NCBI GenBank assembly: GCA_965214775.1
Contig: OZ243974.1
Location: 320,001-384,000 of the forward strand
Direction: 5' to 3'
From: Nitrosopumilus sp.
GTDB taxonomy: Archaea; Thermoproteota; Nitrososphaeria; Nitrososphaerales; Nitrosopumilaceae
DNA length: 64,000 nt
Translations under genes and position numbers: made by a program
The notes under the pieces: model-generated
The model's database searches: none
What the model was told of the DNA's origin: nothing
Seen by the model: only the letters and a program-made list of their open reading frames with translations
Part shown: piece by piece, positions 60,147 through 64,000 of the stretch
Layout: every line of letters begins with the position of its first letter
Numbering within the stretch: position 1 is the stretch's first letter

Positions 60147-60632
60147 TCATATCTGCAGTTTTGACTTTATCTTGGTTATGTCGTTTTCTATCCTCTCGAA
60201 CCGAGAGTCAAGCATCTCGTGGATGTTGGATGAAAGATCTCGGATCTCCGTTATGGTCTGATCCTGCTTGTCCAGCATCTGTCTCTGCCCTGCGGCAATG
60301 TCATTCAGGTACATGGCCTCGGTAGCAAAGCCCTCGACAATCTCGCTTTCCATGTTTCCTGCCACTATCCTGAATGTCTTGAACCTTCCGGTACCCTCTG
60401 AGTACTGCACGTCGATGTCGTCTACCTGCACCGGCTCTTTGCTGTCCCTTATTGAGGCGACAAGCCCCTCAATGTCCTCCCTTTTGCCCTCGCACTCTAT
60501 CATGACCGTGCCGTCATCAAGGTTCTCGACGTGTCCGGTGATTCTCCGGCGGCCTGCCTCGCTCCTTACCCGGTAGCGAAAACCGACGCCTTGGACGATT
60601 CCGCTTGCGTGTATCCGTGCAGCATGTCGCAT
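60147..60632 (-). CDS. acyP: acylphosphatase with C-terminal coiled-coil extension
   Basis: GIVQGVGFRY, G.VENL.DGTV motifs plus about 70-aa helical tail. Confidence 0.85.
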   Translation of the reverse strand: MRHAARIHASGIVQGVGFRYRVRSEAGRRRITGHVENLDDGTVMIECEGKREDIEGLVASIRDSKEPVQVDDIDVQYSEGTGRFKTFRIVAGNMESEIVEGFATEAMYLNDIAAGQRQMLDKQDQTITEIRDLSSNIHEMLDSRFERIENDITKIKSKLQI

Positions 60633-60924
60633 GTTCTCATGTGTGGTACGTCGTTATTATATTTTAGACGCAGGGCGGGGGCAAACTCTTGCCCGGCCGG
60701 CAGTGCCATAGTGCGTGCAGTTGAAAATCGAATATTTTTTTGGCAAAACAGGCACGATGTGACAAAATTATATTCCATTTTTTGATGTTGGTACTACGCC
60801 TGAGGGGTAAACTCTTTCTTCTTGTTGTTATCGTCGTCGTTCTTGCTCCTCCTGCTCCTCCTGCTCCTCCTCTTCTTCCTCTTCTTACAAAAGATTTTAT
60901 GGTCAAAATACGGAATTTTGTTGG

Positions 60925-61018
60925 GTTCCAGTGGTGTAGACCGGTCAAGCATACTGCCCTTTCAAGGCAGTGATCCCGGGTTCAAAATCCGTTGATGAAA
61001 GTCCCGGCTGGAGCACCA
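60925..61018 (+). tRNA. tRNA-Glu(TTC) with a 15-nt T-loop intron (60987-61001) and encoded CCA
   Basis: Acceptor gttccag/ctggagc, anticodon arm ctgcc-ctTTCaa-ggcag; BHB ggg-ttca-aaa-tc..ga-tgaa-agt-ccc. Confidence 0.93.
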
Positions 61019-61032
61019 AGATTTAATTACCA

Positions 61033-61920
61033 ATGGCAGAGTTTTTTGATCAGGTCGCCGTCTTGGACAACAACAAAAACATCGAGATCAATCCGTTGCT
61101 TGAAACCTATGGCCAGTACATCACAAAGATAGACCGGGCCCTCAAAAGAGAGCTGGACCTGTACTCAGAATCAGAGTTCATCGAGCCACTAAAGTACTCC
61201 CTGGAGGGAGGCAAGCGCATTCGCCCGATAATTTTGGCACTGGCAGCAGAAAGCGTAGGCAAGGTTGACGATGACACGCTGGCAGCATCCTGCTGTGCCG
61301 TAGAGTTCCTGCACATGGAGTCAATCATTCATGACGACATCATCGACAATGAAACCATGAGAAGGCACAAGGATCCGTTTCACATCAAATACGGGTACAA
61401 CACCAGCGTGCTTACCGGGGATTTTGTCTTGGGCCTGATCCTGGCAATTTCATCCAGGCTTGACAACGCCAGAATCACAAAGGATCTGGCAACAACTGCA
61501 ATGCTGATGAGCGAGGGCGAGATGATCGAGGGCAGGCTGGAGGCAAGCCAGGACGTCACCTTTGATGATTATCTCAAGGTTATCGAGTACAAGACTGCAA
61601 CTGCGTTTGAGGTTGCTGCCAGGACAGGGGCAGTAATTGCAAAAGGCACAGAAGAGCAGGTGGAGGCACTGACAGAATACGGGAAAAACATCGGCATTGC
61701 GTATCAGATCAGGGACGACCTGCTGGATTGGAAAAACGAAGACAAGCTGTTCAATTTGCTGATTAAAAAGAGCGCAGATCCCAGGGACGTCTTTGACAGA
61801 ATGGAGGAGCTGCTAAAGGAATACTCGGAAAAGGCAAGGGCCGGACTGAGAAAGATTCCGGATAACAACGCCAAGGGCAACCTGGATAACCTAATCAAGT
61901 TTACCTCGTTTAAGGCATGA
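61033..61920 (+). CDS. polyprenyl diphosphate (GGPP-type) synthase
   Basis: GGKRIRP, IHDDIID...RR, KTA, YQIRDDLLD. Confidence 0.93.
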   Translation: MAEFFDQVAVLDNNKNIEINPLLETYGQYITKIDRALKRELDLYSESEFIEPLKYSLEGGKRIRPIILALAAESVGKVDDDTLAASCCAVEFLHMESIIHDDIIDNETMRRHKDPFHIKYGYNTSVLTGDFVLGLILAISSRLDNARITKDLATTAMLMSEGEMIEGRLEASQDVTFDDYLKVIEYKTATAFEVAARTGAVIAKGTEEQVEALTEYGKNIGIAYQIRDDLLDWKNEDKLFNLLIKKSADPRDVFDRMEELLKEYSEKARAGLRKIPDNNAKGNLDNLIKFTSFKA

Positions 61921-63397
61921 GGCCCAAGCCGAGAGCAGGCGTTGCAAACTCTACAAACTGCAGAACCGGCTCCGGATAGACGCCAAATCCCACCAGGAAC
62001 GCAATTGAGAATATCATTACGCCAATTACTGATTTTGGTTCTCTGACCCTCCTTTCTTTCTCCCCCTCAAAGTACATCTTTCTTGTGATCCAGCCATAGT
62101 ATGCAAGCGATAGTGCACTGTTAAGAACGCCGGCAATTGCCAGCCACGGGGCCCATTGCAGCGTGGCGCCTGCGTCAAGTGCGCCTCCAAACAGCATGAT
62201 CTTGCTCCAAAAGCCCGCAAGAGGCGGAACTCCTGCCAGTGCAAACAGCGAGATGACCATTCCAAGAGAAGTGATCGGCATTCGCCTTCCAAGGCCCTTG
62301 AGCTTGTCAATGTGGGTTACTGCCAGAGTTGTCACGATTCCCGCAATTGCAATGAATGCCGCACCCTTCATTACTGCGTGATTCAGAATCTGGTAAAGCG
62401 AGCCCTGCAGGCCCAGGGAGCTGTGGGGGGCAACTGCAAGTCCGATCAGTATGTATCCCGCATGCGCGATGCTGGAATAGGCCAGCATTCTGGATATGCT
62501 CTTTTGCATGATTGCCGCAACGTTTCCAACAGTCATCGTCATGACGGCAAGAATGCCAAGGGCCAGGGTCCAGTCAACGTTTAGGACCGCCATTCCAAGG
62601 ACGACAATCCTGATTGTCGCTGCAAATCCCGCCTTTTTTGTTGCGGCAGCCAGCAATGCGGCAATTGTAGGGGGTGCCCCCTCATAGGTGTCCGGCAGCC
62701 ACTGGTGGAAGGGCACAAGGCCCATCTTGAATCCGAATCCCGCGATAAACATTCCGACAGACAGCAGTGCCAGCGGATACAGCGAGGGATCAAGCGTCGC
62801 ATATCCCCTGATTACCTCGCCGATGTTCGTAGATCCGGTCAGGCCATAGGACAGCGAGATGCCATAGACGATTATTGCAGAAGACAGGGCGCCAAACAAA
62901 AAGTACTTGAGGGCCGCCTCGTTGGAACTGGGATTTCTCTTCATAAATCCGACCATGACATATGTCGGAATGCTCATGAGTTCCCAGGCAACAAACAGCA
63001 TTACAAGGTCCGTCGAGTAGGCAACAAGAACCATGCCGATTGTCGAAAGAAGGATCAGCGAATAGTAGACGGCAGGAGAAGAGCCTTGTTTTCTCATATA
63101 GTTCAAGGAGCCAACAGTAGTAAAGACGGCCACAATCAGCAGTGCAATTGCAAAGAACCCGCCAAACGCATCATCTGCAAGTACGTCCTCAGAGAACAGG
63201 ACAGACGGCACTATGTGCTCGCTTACAAACTGGTATCCCACATAGCCCATTGAGACGGCAAGCGCTGCAAACGCAATTACCGCATAAAACGAGTTGGAGC
63301 CCCTCTCCTTTCTTGCAATGCTTATGATTGGAAGGGCAACGCCTACGGTTCCCAGTATTGCAATGAGTATCAATGGGGTGGAGGTAATTTCTAGCAT
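61910..63397 (-). CDS. nuoN: NADH-quinone oxidoreductase subunit N
   Basis: EAALKYF, GFKMGLVPFHQWLPDTYEGAP, RMLAYSSIAHAGY. Confidence 0.96.
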   Translation of the reverse strand: MLEITSTPLILIAILGTVGVALPIISIARKERGSNSFYAVIAFAALAVSMGYVGYQFVSEHIVPSVLFSEDVLADDAFGGFFAIALLIVAVFTTVGSLNYMRKQGSSPAVYYSLILLSTIGMVLVAYSTDLVMLFVAWELMSIPTYVMVGFMKRNPSSNEAALKYFLFGALSSAIIVYGISLSYGLTGSTNIGEVIRGYATLDPSLYPLALLSVGMFIAGFGFKMGLVPFHQWLPDTYEGAPPTIAALLAAATKKAGFAATIRIVVLGMAVLNVDWTLALGILAVMTMTVGNVAAIMQKSISRMLAYSSIAHAGYILIGLAVAPHSSLGLQGSLYQILNHAVMKGAAFIAIAGIVTTLAVTHIDKLKGLGRRMPITSLGMVISLFALAGVPPLAGFWSKIMLFGGALDAGATLQWAPWLAIAGVLNSALSLAYYGWITRKMYFEGEKERRVREPKSVIGVMIFSIAFLVGFGVYPEPVLQFVEFATPALGLGLMP

Positions 63398-63412
63398 CTC
63401 AAATCAGCACCC

Positions 63413-64000
63413 CTACATCAACAATATCAAGACTACGAACAATAGTCCTGCTCCAAATACGAATAGGTATGACTGCGAGACGCCGGTCTGGGTTCCCTGC
63501 ACGACTCGGGCCCCCCAGGAAGCTGCCTTTTGGAACCCGTCGTTCATGCCGTAATCCATTGCGGTCCTTTCAAAGTATCTGAACACGCCCCTTGCCAGCC
63601 ACAGCGGCGCCACGACAAAGCACCAGTAGATAATCGCGTTGAGATACCACCTGTTTAGGACGACTTTGTGAACTGCGTAAAAGAGGATGTTTGAGTTTAC
63701 AAACCTGACAGGATCAACCCATCTGCCGATGTAGAATATGTAGCCCAGTCCGATTCCCGTGGCAAACGCCACAAGCGAGGCGCCAAGTGCCGTCGGGTTG
63801 ATACCGCTCAAAAAGTCCGGCAGTATAGAGGATTCAGCCTTTGCGTATTCACTGCTGTGAATGCCAAATGAATCTTCAAGGTATACCTCGAACATGTGAT
63901 GCAGTCCGTGCTCCGTTGATAGTCCGATCAGCCCGATTCCAATAGTAAGGACTGCAAGGATTCCGTACGGGACCCACATTGACAGTGATGCCTCGTGGAT
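63413..64000 (-). CDS. nuoL: NADH-quinone oxidoreductase subunit L, 3' part (runs off the window)
   Basis: MWVPYGILA, NRWYL, QTG..QSY C-terminal motifs; directly upstream of nuoN. Confidence 0.88.
   Translation of the reverse strand: MHEASLSMWVPYGILAVLTIGIGLIGLSTEHGLHHMFEVYLEDSFGIHSSEYAKAESSILPDFLSGINPTALGASLVAFATGIGLGYIFYIGRWVDPVRFVNSNILFYAVHKVVLNRWYLNAIIYWCFVVAPLWLARGVFRYFERTAMDYGMNDGFQKAASWGARVVQGTQTGVSQSYLFVFGAGLLFVVLILLM

Noticed and set aside
60013-60816. acyP as cargo between inverted family C ends
   Set aside because: The ends are degenerate, there is no TSD, and the left piece looks like a complete decayed MITE on its own
1-64000. CRISPR array, cas genes, reverse transcriptase/DGR, integrase or viral genes
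   Set aside because: None seen; no repeat occurs three or more times with unique spacers

Overview
This looks like a Nitrosopumilaceae (Thaumarchaeota) chromosome segment, probably from a host-associated lineage such as a sponge symbiont (inference from gene content). The compact core backbone comprises corA, fsa, split tkt with an rpe fusion, pepA, a stand-alone 5S rRNA, ABCE1/Rli, a Trm5-type methyltransferase, an Ard1/RimI acetyltransferase, an M50 protease, a LarA-like protein, tRNA-Ile2(CAT), a CADD/TenA-like protein, an intron-containing tRNA-Glu, a prenyl synthase, nuoN and nuoL. Accessory islands interrupt this backbone. They carry mostly decayed defence and toxin-antitoxin genes (two AbiE pairs, two Fic, RelE-like, HsdS/HsdR pieces, DUF3800, MNT/HEPN-like, DndE/DndD-like relics), a SNF2-SWIM pair and a 4553-aa LVIVD/DUF5011/CFI-box surface protein. 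Intergenic DNA is dense in IS66, IS5 and IS481 elements and about eight MITE families. These include a triple-nested MITE stack with intact target duplications and two families whose ends match transposase remnants in the window. The most unusual signal is isolated repeat-spacer-repeat scars (36-bp duplication plus 38-bp insert) resembling ectopic Cas1-type integration, together with islands bounded by duplicated core-gene 3' ends. All family calls come from motif recognition by eye; no database search was run.
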